Assembly: GCA_001244265.2 (NCBI GenBank)
Contig: CDLV01000011.1
Location: forward strand, 1,240,001-1,304,000
Reading direction: 5' to 3'
Origin: Microbotryum violaceum
Taxonomy: Eukaryota
DNA: 64,000 nt
This document shows positions 26,801-39,000 of this stretch, in pieces (the stretch's first letter is position 1; every line of letters starts with the position of its first letter). The translations under genes and the position numbers were made by a program. The notes below the pieces were generated by a model. It was not told the DNA's origin and did not search any database. It saw nothing but the letters and a program-made list of their open reading frames with translations.

Positions 26801-28016
26801 GACATCTTTCCCACTCCGACTGACTCGACGTCTCACGTTATTTACTCAATTAGCTCGAAAATTCTTTCGAGGGAATCGACGTACTAGAAGCTTTGTATAC
26901 CACCTCGCTCGCCATCACCGGCAACTCTACCTCTCTCGCACAATGGGACGCCCGGCTCGGCTTCACCGGTCATGCCTTTACGGCCACACTCCGATCGCTT
27001 AGCCCCGCGGGAGGTGTCGTGCCCCTTCTCGACGTCATCGTCGAACGAGTCTTCCCTCGTGGATACATCGACGCGGGAAAAGGATCAGGAGGTGAGCCAT
27101 GGAACGAGGTGGAAGAACGACGGCGACAAGAGGAATGGCTGGTGAGCTTCGCACCAAATCAGATCTCTTGTCATCTGAGACTTATGCAAGCGGTTCCTTT
27201 CGGACAGAATGAAAGCGCTAAAGCTCGGAACGGAGGTGACAAAGCCGCCAAGGCGATGGCGTTGTGGGATGAGTTGACGGACATGCTCCGTGAAGCGGTT
27301 GAGACGAGCAGCAATGGTCCGGAGACGGCTCGGTCTTCGGCAGGTGTGTTCCATCTGCCCAAAGAGAATAGTTCGAAGACTGACGGACGGCTTGGCTTTC
27401 CAGATGATCACGATCCGGACGAGGTCTTGGATCGGCTTAAAGAGGCAGCGTCTCGTTTTCAACGCGCCAACATCGTTCGTCGTTTATCGTCTCAACACGT
27501 TACCTCGTGTTTGGACAAGTTGGCGGAGCGGGCTGAAATAGCCAAGGAAAGACGGTCTCGCGGCTATGACGTGGACGAATCGGTGAGTATATATAGGCCT
27601 GTACGACGACCTGTCCTTGGGCCGATACTTCCGTTCGACCTCTCAGCAGATGCAACGTGCTCCACGAAACGTTCGAAGCTTCCGGGTCATTCGCATTCGG
27701 GATGCTCTTGTCACGGACGAGACGAAATCGCAGCGCACTGCACAACTCACGGTGTGGGACTGCGACAACCTTGGCGATGACTTCTTGCGGGAAGGCAAAC
27801 GATATATGGTGAGTCAAGGCATAAACTGCGTATTGAGTACATGGCTTATGAATAATCGGGCCCATCACAATCGCAAACCAGATCTCGAACGCTGTACCAA
27901 AAGGCGTGTGGAATTTGCGCAGCAGCGAAATCACCCTCTCGACACGCAAGGATGCGAAATGGAAACGATTAGCCGCCTCGGGCGTTCCCATCGATAACGA
28001 TGTAGACTCTCTCTGA
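23863..28016 (+). CDS. BRH2: BRCA2 homologue (Brh2-like): BRC motif(s), helical domain, OB folds; multi-exon
   Basis: BRC-like AFFSRANGRPLPAPSEDALQVSRAMM; WVANHWSLVVWKLA, QLKYRYEREIN, PMVLCVSKI, LELTDGWYRIRA, NSTSLAQWDARLGF, AQLTVWD, LSTRKDAKW. Confidence 0.93.
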
Positions 28017-28585
28017 TTTCATTCTCTTAGTACCCTATTTCGTAGTTGCATTACATGTATTCTGAAATACTCTACGCATCGTCGTTAGCATTCATCTCAT
28101 TCTGTGTTCTATCAATTTAGAGAGCAGCGAGGCGGCTTGAGCAGTACTTCGAGCACCATGTTGCCCCGAGGGTGCGAGTGGGGGAAGGCCGCAAGGTGTA
28201 TTCGGTCGCGTTGTAGATATGGCTGGCTCTATTTATGGGCGAAGATTCGCTGATTGGTCTTTCTCCCTGCGGCGCCTGGACTCACTGCAGTGAGCTGGCC
28301 CCAGGTCTTTATTTTGAGCCGGAAGCGAGGTGCTGGATGGCCCGTCACAACAGGCTGAGACGGATACATGCTTAGTGACGCAATAATACCATGAAGGGTC
28401 TTCGGAATCCCTTCTCGGAATCGCGTGCGCTATCTCGCTCACCACACCTCGCTGTTGTCATCGGTGATGCTCGAATTGATGGTTCCACTGCAGCACTAGC
28501 CAAAGTTACCTACTAGTAGACGGCCGGGCCACGCGTCTGACACGCTGTGTAGTAAACCTGTCGAATGTGCACTTTGTACCATTTA

Positions 28586-29420
28586 CAGTCAAACCTGAGA
28601 AAAACTGTATTTTCGGTGGACGGATAAATTAAGACAGGTATAAGCTTGGAGAGTTCGGCTTCAGATCAGTACATCATGACCTGAAACTCCGTTTTTGAGC
28701 TTCCTACATCAAATCAAGAATTTTTATGCATCGTTTGAGTCGATACATTGACTTTTGAGGGGGAGGAAATTCAGAAGGCCCGAATTGCTGAATTGCAGCC
28801 AATGTACGGCCTCTACCGAGGCATGATGACATCTAACAAGTTATGAAAGCTCCAAGCAAAAAATATCTTGACCTACTGACGCTGGAAATACGAAGTCATT
28901 GTCGTCTGAATCCTCGCGGCATCCTGCTCGGCAACAAGAGCCCTGCGAATCCTCCTAGCCTCGTCCTCAAAAGAAATCAAATCCGCTGGACCTGAGTACC
29001 CATTCATAGCAAACCTAAAGAAAACATCAAGCGCTGAGATTGCCTCCTTCAGTGTCGTTCGCTCCGCCGGTCGGATCTCTATCTCCGCTTTCTCCTCTCC
29101 TCCTTCGAGTTCTCCCTCGCAATTCTCCTCCAACTCTTCGGCAATGACCAGGTCCACAATCTCCTGCTCGGTCATTTCAGCCCCATCAGCAAGGTTATCC
29201 TCCTCCACATCGACGAGAAAGTGGATACTCATCTTCTCGTTGCTCGTAAACTATCCCCTTTTCGACCAGCTCATCGTTCGTCGTCTTCAGAGCGTTCATC
29301 GCGTTGATGACGCCGCGATCGTCATCGAGAGGCCCGCGACCGTTGGGAAGAAGTGTATGGTCGGTCGATCCTTTGTTCTTGCGATCAGACAAGATTTGAG
29401 AGTGGCGCCAGCAGTTGAAT
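28586..29420 (-). mobile_element. 3' remnant of a pogo/Tigger-like (Tc1/mariner, DDE_1) DNA transposon
   Basis: C-terminal transposase motifs NCWRHSQIL, KMSIHFL, MTEQEIVDLV, TLKEAISALD, QTTMTSYF*, with a frameshift near 29248. Candidate terminus TA|CAGTCAAACCTG at 28584-28597. The partner TIR was not found. Confidence 0.7.
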
Positions 29421-30191
29421 TCCGGGAAGGGAATGAGACTATGATGATACGAGAAGGAATTTCTGATGAGGGCTTCTCGGATTGTGAAGATGTTCATTTC
29501 GGCGTCGTTGTCGGCGGAAGAGGACTCGGAGAGAGAAGCACGTCGCGACTAGCCTGTCAACGTGTAAATCGCTGCTTTTGCTCTACTGTGCTCGCTTCTC
29601 GGCTGTTTCGGGGCATTTCGGACTCTTCCAGCAGGCGGCTCGTCAACAAGAACGCCCAAGGAAAGGCCAATTCCTGATCAATCGCTCATTTCCGGCTCTC
29701 TCTTATCTTATAATTTGACCTGTAAACCCATAAATTAACGCACCGTGGGGCGGCGACGAGTCCCTGAACCTCCAGTGCCCTCTATAAACTCACACTCACA
29801 ACTATGGCCCGAGGATAGGCACTACCTCCTACTTAGCCGCAAGCGAATAAGCACCGCAAGACAAGGCTATATATAACTAGAGACTCTAACGACAAAGTAA
29901 ACCCACATTTCATTCAATTTCGACTGCATTTCATCTCAAAATTTCTTCTCTGTCGTATCCTTATTCAGACATTTCTATTTCCGTTGTCCAAACAAGGTCC
30001 AGGAACCCTTTCTTTCCCCACCATTTGCTTGAGACCAATCAAGCATGAGCCTTCCCGGTCCTGCGGTAGGAGCCAGCCGCGCGCTCCGAAGAGACTTCAT
30101 TCATGATCCTCGTCGGCGGCCTCTTTCGCCTGCGCATGGACCTGGTTCTTGTTGTTGTCAGTGACTGTTGAACGCCAAGTAACCAAACCCG

Positions 30192-31740
30192 TCAGCCGGT
30201 ATAAAAGTTTGAGTGGGGAATTGCGGGCTTGAACTCATCCTTATGACCATCGGTGCTCGACAAGTCAATATTCAGCTCGGCGTCCATTGCCGAACGCTTG
30301 ACAGGGGAGGCGATGACCCGCCTAGGACTGCGGACTGTCGGCGGGGGCGTGGTTTGGCGTGTCATCTGTCGCACATCAGACAAGGAAACTACACCATGCC
30401 CATGCAATATGCATGAAAGGTTTGCCGGAGGACCTGTCCCTCCAAGTGCGAGCCTCGACGGTGCAGACAACCGCACATAGATCACCTTCACCCAGGGTGC
30501 CTACTCCCCAGCGTGGGAAATCTTTGTGCGAGTCGCCCAGGGTGCTCATCGACAGTCACGGGGAGTTGCGTAGGATATCCTTTGGCGTACATGCGACCGG
30601 TAAAAAGCCCTTCCCGTACCTCCGCATAAAATTGACTGTAATTGGGCAGGTCGAGAATGTTCTCCGGGTCCAAATGGGAACAGGCGGAACCACGCCGGCC
30701 TCCAGCACCCCCTGTGACTCCATATTCCCAATGACTGCACACAACCGGGTCAACCCAATCATCAGACGCTGGAGCACACAAACGCAAACATATACATTAC
30801 TACTTACATCCTGGGTGTGATCAACTGGTGTTGGATGGAGACTACCTGCGGCTTCGCCGTTAGTAGGTTTGGCTTGTTGAATGCGATCGCTGGCCAGGCC
30901 GGTGAGGGTGAGAAAGGGGAAGGAGTCACAGGTCTGTCTTTCTTTGCCACAGATTCAACTTATATTAACTATTTCCCAATTTCCATGCCGTTGCCCCATG
31001 TTCAGAAAAAGAAGGATCGCAACTTGGACATGCCCCGAGTCGCAACTTCGCCTCGGACTCGGACGTCACGCGTCACGAGCAAGTGCTCCGACCGCTGCAG
31101 TGCCTTTCCGGAGACAAGCTTGTGCTCGAGACTGAACACACAAAGTGTACCCCGAGTCAGTCTCTATGATAACAGCTAGTAGTAGGTGAGCTGGCCCTCT
31201 AGGTCGCTTCGCCGATGGACCACGCCAACCAGTGATTGCAGCACGCCATTTGGCATTCCTCGAAATTAAACGGTGTAGGCCTGGGGACGAGGATGTCTTT
31301 GGCTGTGCTTCGCTTGAAGATGTAGCCACTCTCGCATGCTGGACAACGCCCAGCGCATGAAGGCAATAGACTACCCAAAAATAATTATGTAGTCTTTGAT
31401 CGCCGAGAGAGTAGTCCAGCAAGTTGTGAGTCTGACAGACAATCTGCAGTTGTTCTAAACGAAGTTTGACGTTGGATAAGACGAGCTGTCGCAACTTAAA
31501 CGAGCACCTGATCACTAGATCGTCGTCAAGCGAATGTGAGGCATTGAATCTGTTTGGTCGATAATAAGCGTACTGTACTCGTTCGCCATGTTGACAAGAG
31601 CGACTGCCTCTTGTCAAGCCAAGCTCCCAGATGCTGTCCAATGAGTCGCAATGACTCGGCGTCGCGAGGCACGACTAAGACACGTGAACTGGGAGAGATC
31701 GATATCGCCGCAGGGTGGGTGGACACAAATGCCACTTAAT
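30192..31740 (-). pseudogene. Unassigned decayed coding relic
   Basis: Protein-like exon-sized pieces with splice signals (CSFKLRQLVLSNVKLRLEQLQIVCQTHNLLDYSLGDQRLHNYFW; DDWVDPVVCSHWEYG...), interrupted by stops. No family recognised. Confidence 0.25.
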
Positions 31741-32408
31741 ACCAATGACTGGTGTGTCGAATCGACTGAGCACCGTTCATGACTGATGAACTACTCCACG
31801 GTGGAGGAGGGCTGTACCATAAGCTACTGAGATGTTGATGGCAACTGGGCCAAGCGCGCCGATAACTCACAAGCCCTCAGCTTCCCAGAGGGATGGGCGT
31901 CGAGCTTAGGGGGCGCGCCGCGAGCTTGGGGATTGACGACGATCTCAACATTACTAATTCTCGTTGGCGGGGGGCGGCTCCCGCACATGCCCGCGCGCAA
32001 GGTCAGTAGCCGGCATACCCAGCGGGCACAGACCTGCACAGACCGGCGCGGAACGGCGGCGAATGGCACGGAGTGCAAAGTCCTGTAGGCCTCCGAAATT
32101 TTGGCCCTGAAAGTGCCCCCTTGCTGTAGCATGGCATATATTGGTGCTATCTGAAAACTGGAGGGATAAGTCTCTACTTCATCATTATATATGAGGCTTC
32201 ACCGAAGCTTGAAGTATAGAAACGCTTGGTCATCTCGCTACAGCAGCTTGAATCAACTGATACCGAACGAGACGCAGGTCGGCGCACGGACCAGTCGTAG
32301 TCCGGTCCGCGTCGAAGGTTGCATAGATCCAGGTCACTTAAGCCCGGCCGCGCCTCACGCATCCTCTCTTTCCTACACTCAACATCGCACCTCCCCTTAC
32401 GATAAGCC

Positions 32409-33604
32409 ATGTCGGTACAAACACCCAGGCCGGCTAGGGGACCGCCCCGTCGACATCCATCAATTGAGTTCAGGGCGTCTCCCTTGCGATCAGCTTCAAG
32501 GGCCAGTCCTACGACCCCAGCACCGAATCATTCAACCAAATCGACAACCGTTCTCGGTTACTGGAGGCCACGTTTGACTCAGGAGGACCGACGAGATTCC
32601 AGCGAATTATGCAAGAAGATCAAAGTTATTCTGGGCGAAAGTCTTGACGAGGACTCTACCCCCGGCCTGTGCAGATCGAGGCCATTGCTGCACTTTTCGA
32701 CCTCGATCACATTGGGAACCGGGATCGATATGACGCTATGTTCGTCACAGCGCCAACAGGTTCAGGCAAAAGTGTTATTTTTGAAGCAATGTATCTTATT
32801 TATGGACGCCGGGCCGTCACCATTGTTGTCAGTCCACTGAATGGACTGAGCAATCATCTGGTCAGTTTTTCTGCCGACTGCAGTGGGCTTGCTGGACCGA
32901 CATCCGTGCTGATTTCCCCAGTCACATGCTTCTTTCAAGCTGCCGATCTCAATCGAAAGGGAAAGAAAGCGGTTGTGGTATCTGAGGAGACCTGGAGAGA
33001 CGACGAGCTGTACAGGCAGTTGGACGACCCCAATCACACGATCTCCTTCATTCTGATTGTATGTGCCGGTTGACCTCCTGTTTGACATCTGCCCTGGGTC
33101 TTGGGATACATTGGCCTCGTGTTCGGACTGTGACTTAATACGGTCGGACCACTGATGAAGACAATATTCAGCGCAAGGGTCGAGGAGGGCGTAGTAGGCA
33201 GCGGTCAATTGGGATCACTTTTTTGGAGCCTCGGAAGGACGCACGTAAAAAGGACGCAGCGAGCAATCCGGAGCAAGACGACACAACTCCAGACGAGATT
33301 TCGACTTCCGGTATGCATGGCGACCGTCCACGACTCGAGCTACTCACTGAGAACGAACTGTCAATCCGTTTTTTCTACGAGTCGAAGGCGTGTTTGCACG
33401 CTCTGGCCATCGTCCTATACACGTGAGTTGAACCCGTCAAGACGCACGGCCATAGATAATCTAATCCCTCGTACTATGGATAAATGCAGGCAAGGCGAGC
33501 TTCCGCTGAACGCGGACGATCCTCTCATCGTTGCTGAAATGGAGCGTCAAGGAAACATCACCGGCAGATCTTGCCAGTGTTCTCGATGTGATTGCAAGGC
33601 CTGA
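32409..33604 (+). pseudogene. RecQ-like SF2 helicase fragment (central part deleted)
   Basis: Q-motif RPVQIEAI, Walker A FVTAPTGSGKS, motif Ia TIVVSPLNGL, then a jump to a C-terminal Cys cluster (CLHAL..SCQCSRCD). No DEAH or helicase-C motifs. Frameshift at C-run 32659-32663. Confidence 0.75.
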
Positions 33605-33749
33605 GGCCTTTTGCCCGGGAGCCGGAAGAAGGTGATGGAATTTTGGGGCTTAGTTGGATAGCTTGCGCGCGCCTAGAACCTCTCTTGGCTTTCGCCAGCT
33701 GACTGCCTCGAGGTTCTAGACTTGAACTGCGACTGTTTGATCCTGTCTA

Positions 33750-34710
33750 TCATTCTTGGAGCACGGCTGCACGCGGTGCTTCCAATAGTGCAAGGATTAA
33801 AGTTACCTTGCGCCCTAAGTAGCTCCCTTCTGATTTCAATCTGCATCGATTGAAATTGTTAGCCTTTTTGGCTGTGTAGTCCAGTGAAGGGGCTGGCCTT
33901 ACAGTGATTCTCAAGGCGCCAAGTACATCATCGAACACCTGAGGTACACCACAGAGGAAAGCTACCACGAGTTTTCAAGTTACGACGAGGCAACCATCGA
34001 AGCAGACAAGATGAGCCAACCCACACAATACTCGCAGGTCGAAAATGCCGAGGACGACTTGGAGGACTTTGCCGATGAACGCGCAACGCAGTCAATCAAT
34101 CGACAGACGAGAGGGCACAATCCGTGGCGTATGAAGTCCCCTCAACGAGACGGATTTGTCGAGAAACTCCTACTCGAGTACAGGCAATATACTCGGGGCC
34201 TGAATTATGGACCGACTGAGAACTGTCTTCGGCGATTGCATCGAGCCGGGCGTCGATGTAATCGGATGCGAGGACTTCGGGAGCCAAGTCATGGCTAGCG
34301 ACGAAGGCGCACTTGGTTCGCTTCATCTCTCTAATGATGATTGAGTCGGCTTGCACGCGGATAAGGCAAGTATTCAGTAGCTTTATTGAATCCGGAGAAT
34401 CAGTCCAAGAAGTACGAAGTATTGCCCACCTGCTCGTCGATCCAGTCATTCGCCGGCTGCTTAACTCTGCGCCATCCTCGCGTGCAAGTCGTAGAATGAG
34501 ATCAAGTACACACTTGAGGCTGGACCAGTTGCTGTTGAACAGCTTTGGTCGGTGTGTTTGAACGCCTTCAAATCGTGTGGATGGGCTGAAGTACCACGAC
34601 AGGTATTGACATAGCGAGAGATCACGGCTACGAAATTCAGCGAATAGATCCGCCTCGCGGCGGTTGTTCTGGCGAGTTGATGAGGCACGGCGTCTGCTTA
34701 TTCGGGACAT
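33750..34710 (-). pseudogene. N-terminal remnant of a putative Academ-type (DUF6589-associated) transposase
   Basis: Protein-like ORF (LSLCQYLSWYF..LKCVLDLIL..QADSIIIREM) and VAFLCGVPQVFDDVLGALRIT, which resembles the region preceding the catalytic domain in rust-type Academ proteins as I recall them. Convergent to the helicase. Confidence 0.4.
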
Positions 34711-35180
34711 TTTTGGTTTTAGATATCGTCGCGCCTAATGTGGCCGACGGATCATCGTGAAAAGAGGAGAACAGCGAAGCGTACGGAAAGGGATCAAGCC
34801 GAACGGAGCAGGCTCGCCGATGATGAGAGCGCCAATTACACGATGCGCTCGGACCATCTGGGGCCCGTTCGACCGAAATCGCAGACTTCGGATCGCTGCA
34901 GCTCCACCCACAGCTTATGAAAGCTCTCGCCACTTGGGTATGTCATTTTTAGAGCATAAAGAAAAATAGGGTCCTTCACTTTTGCATGGATGCGCCTACT
35001 TACCAAGTTACACAGAACCACCCCAAAATGGCCCTGAAATTTCGGAGGGCAACTGGGCCAAGCGCGCCGATTACTCGTAAGCCCCTCCCAGCGGGAGGGC
35101 TTAGTTGAGCTTACGCGCCCCCCGGTGTTGACACCGTCGTCAATTTCCCAAGCACGCACACATAACCGCTCTACTCGCTT

Positions 35181-35574
35181 GTCACTTTGGGCTCACATAA
35201 GGTCGGCTTTTGGGCCCACGTCGGAGGCACTCTGGTCCCACACCGGAGGCGACTCTGGTCCCACACCGGAGGCGACTCTGGTCCCACATCGGAGGCGACT
35301 TTGGGATCACATCGGAGCGGACTTTGGGATCACATCGATGCGGACTTTGGGATCACATCCGAGTTCATTCTTGTACCACGTTCATGGGAACTTTGGTACC
35401 ACATAGTGTAGAGGCCTGTATCTCTTGCAATATGTGATGTATCACTCTGGGGAATGTAGTATGATGTATGTACAGGTCTATAGTACTTCTGGCCGGTGAG
35501 ACGAGGCGGACAATGCAGTAGTTGCTACATCGGGGTTCTTCCCCGCTGTGCCGCTCCGCGCCCGTGTCAGCGGT
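35181..35574 (+). repeat. Left TIR with ~10 tandem 23-bp units (GACTYTGGKMYCACAYCGGAGGC-like)
   Basis: Reverse complement of 43793-44142; the aligned non-repetitive part is roughly 85-90% identical by eye. Confidence 0.93.
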
Positions 35575-36050
35575 TAAACCTTACGCCGATCGTCACGAGG
35601 CAGCAAGCGTAGCTTGCAATAAATATCATAGGGTGGAGCAAACGTTTTTTCTTGCTGACTAGAATACTTATGCGGTAATGGCATAATCACTACATGGGTG
35701 AGCTGTAGTGTTCCTTAGGCCTGCAATCGTTAGCACCCTTATTCGAGAAAATTCAAACATTCGGCGAAAGCCCTGGGGCCGCGCCAAAACTAGCAGGCGC
35801 TCGTCGTTTGACGGGCTACACCGGCAAACTCACGAATGCCCCTGAAAGCAGCTCCTTTCCTCAGAGCTTCACACGCTCACTGGTCTTTCCCCCACTCTCT
35901 CTTTCTTCTTACACATAAAGTCCTCACGTAAACACTCCTCCCTACCTTAGTCGCGCGGAAATACTGTGCATCTCGAGCAAACGACGCCCAGTGAAGGGTT
36001 TACCTTCAAGGTAGATGGCGCCAGTCGCACTCATCATGTCGACAGGATAA

Positions 36051-39000
36051 ATGAGCCAACTGCTCCAAAACAAAGGGGGCCGACCACCCATCGCGTTGCA
36101 GGAACAAAGCTCCCCAGAGGGATACGCATCGGAAGTTGACTCGGAAGTGGATGAGGATGAGAACAGTCTGCAAGTCTTGGCAGCTTTGGTCCCGGTTCCC
36201 TCAAAGTCCTCAATATCTAGCCCCTCCGCAGTCTCGGGGCTTTTAATCTCTCCAAAGAGCCGTTCGAGAGACTCCGACGAGGATTCGGCAGACGAGGGTT
36301 ACTACGGAGTCGACGACGACAATTCGGACGAGAAATCAATTGACAACATCTTCTCGGCACTACTCCTGGCTCGGAACGACAAGAAGATCCTTGACCGGCA
36401 CACGTACGAGCCCTCTCGACAGGACAAAGAGTTATTGAACACGACGCGCGAGGCAATTTTCTCAAACATGATCCTCACGACTGCAGAGCACAACGAGCTC
36501 CGTCTCAGGCCGCTTGTTCTCAATTGTCGCAAGCCGAGGTCCGAATGGGAATTTGTACGCAAACTTCCTGTCCTGGAGCTCCCAAAGTTCATGGCTACAG
36601 AGGTATGTTGAAGCTGCATGCTGCGCTGCGTTTTGTTTCGTCCTGTGAACGACCTAACTTTCATTGGTGCGATCTATTAACAGAAGCATGACTGGACTCC
36701 ACGCAAATATGAACGCTGTCTCGCTGTCGTCGAGCGACCTTACGGTGACGCGCCATCGTCTACTCATCATCAACATCCGTCGGAGGTGGCAGTGGGGATC
36801 GAATGGCGTCCGGAAGTGCCTATCACCCTTCGAGAAGCTTGGAGTCAACCCGGCGAAGGTCGACCTGTTGCGGAGGTTCTACGGATTACACATCGTTGCT
36901 CGGGGCCTGTAAAAGAGTTCGGGTCAAGGATGGCAAACTTGGGTACAAGAAACGAGACAATGACAAGGACCCCGGGAAAACATGCTCTACTCAACTCAAG
37001 GTGATCATCCCGGATAGGAAATCAAAGGAGCTTGGGTTGGGTGGCTGATAAGACTCTCTGTTACCTTCTTCGTCCCTTGTGTAGATCCTCGTTCAGGCCG
37101 ACGATCTTTCATTGGCGCTGGTGTACACCCTCGGCAACCACGAAGGACGCCAACCACCGCCGAACGTCCGACGTCCAGCCCCTTTCATTCGTGCGTTGGC
37201 GCATCAGGAAGTCTTTCGGCAGGCCAACACGCCCACGCTTGCATTTCAAAGTGAGTGTGTGCTCCAAGTTTGCACAAGAAGTTTTCACTTCTCAAGACTG
37301 ACCATCAGTTCCTTTCTCGATGATGGACTCGATCATTTCACAGATATGAACCAGCGGATGTCGGTTTGGGAGAAACAGAACGAGATCATTCTCCCGCAGT
37401 ACAGGAAAGTCGGCGCAAAGCAGCTGCGCAATATGTTCAGGGCAAAAGGTCGACAGAACGCGCAGCATGGATCCGCCTTGTACTCGCTAGCTCGCACAGC
37501 TGAGCTGAGACCGTTCACCCTTCAAATTGCAACGGAGCCCAAGACACGCGGAGTGGCCTAGTGAGTGATCACGATCTAAGCTGCTTGCCGATCTGATGAG
37601 CTAACAAGCGGCGGAGGTATTTACCCTTGTCAGCTTTCAACCTTTTAATGAGAAAACGAGGCAGCCGTTGATCTGCGTCCTTGCCTCCCTCCACTCCATC
37701 GACGTGTTGATTTCCTTCGCCACAGTTGGGAACGATTCAGGCGATTGGTCGCGGTTTGTTGGACTTGACTCAAGCTGGCGATACCTGAACGAGAACCGCG
37801 CCCCCTCACCGCCCTCGTCGCGACTGGCTTGAAAGACAAACTTGCGCTAGGTGAGAGCCCGGGAAGCACTTGAAAGGAAGGTCCGGACGAGTACAAAGAC
37901 TCATTTCATCGCTTATGTATTGTCTTCTTCAGGTCCTATGCTTCTCTCCAGTGATGTGAAGGCAGATACTCTCGTCATCTACTTGGACACGGTAAAGAGG
38001 CTGGTCGAGGAGCGCGCCGCGATCCTTGTAAGGAGTGCGTTGTAAGATGGGTTGACCAGGGTGTGCTGCGCGTCACGACAGTTTTGAGAGGAGTCGCTCA
38101 CGCCCTTCCGTACCGTCGACGATTTGCATGCGTACTTCAGAAGCTCGTGAGAATGGGCCCAATCTACCCGGCTCGTCCCCCAGGTTGCCAAATCTTCTCC
38201 AAAATGCCGAATTCATCTTGGAAAATCAGTGGCAACCACCAAATTTCATGATCGACAAATGTCGGACTGAGCTCAACGCCTTGACACTCTGTAAGCGCCG
38301 CTGCTTGCTAGGGCTACTATATGAGATGTGCAGACTGCTCTCACGATTTTGAATTCCTGGTGATCGTCGTCTTCTGCATCTACGTTACTATAGGGAAAGA
38401 AAAGCACAACCTCAACTTTCACATACGCCTTTGCCAATTCCACGTGGTTCAGGCCATTATTCGGTGGTCGAGTGACAGGAATGACGGCGAAAGGGGCAAC
38501 ACCGTCAAGCCTTCTCGGATTGCTCGCAAAACGTTGATCAACATTTTGTACGAATTTTGATCCATCATCCAGCGCTTTCGTTTCATACGCACCGAGCATG
38601 AAACAGATGCCGAGGCGACAGCTCAGCGCTCGGCTGAGTTCGAAGGGAAGAAGCGGGCGTTCTTTGAAAAATCGGACGCATGGATCAACAAAGAGTTCCG
38701 AAGTCGTCGCAAGCCAGCAGCAAACAAATCAGACGTCACCAAGAAGTCGGAACTGGGTTGCAACAGCCGAGAAGAAGAACAATTACAAGCAAAGAAGGAT
38801 AACTTTCGGGCGTATTTCAATGTCAACTGGTTCGTACAAGAGTGGATCGGTGAGTCTTACTTATTCCTTCTTTACGTGTTCTCTCACAGTTTTTTTGGCT
38901 CACTCATTTCCACAATTCTGAAGAAACATACACAGATGATGGTTTACCCCTTGGCGTTTCACGGGAAACCATCAACACCAACAACGTGACTGAACGAGCC

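Larger units (their letters stand above)
31840..35157. mobile_element. Internally deleted AcademH-like DNA transposon relic
   Basis: Convergent RecQ-type helicase (+) and transposase-like (-) remnants. The ends share an imperfect inverted block (31920-31950 / 35126-35157) and a direct block (31840-31908 / 35049-35113). Confidence 0.55.

Noticed and set aside
29700-29910. Possible solo LTR (TGTAAACCCA...CCCACA) or partner TIR of the pogo relic (TTTGACCTGTA)
   Set aside because: There is no matching 4-6 bp TSD, and the TIR similarity is only ~10 bp with an indel.
35183-35410. CRISPR-like look of the 23-bp repeat arrays
   Set aside because: The units are contiguous with no unique spacers, are mirrored at 43.9-44.1 kb, and lie in a eukaryotic context with no cas genes. 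They are TIR subrepeats.
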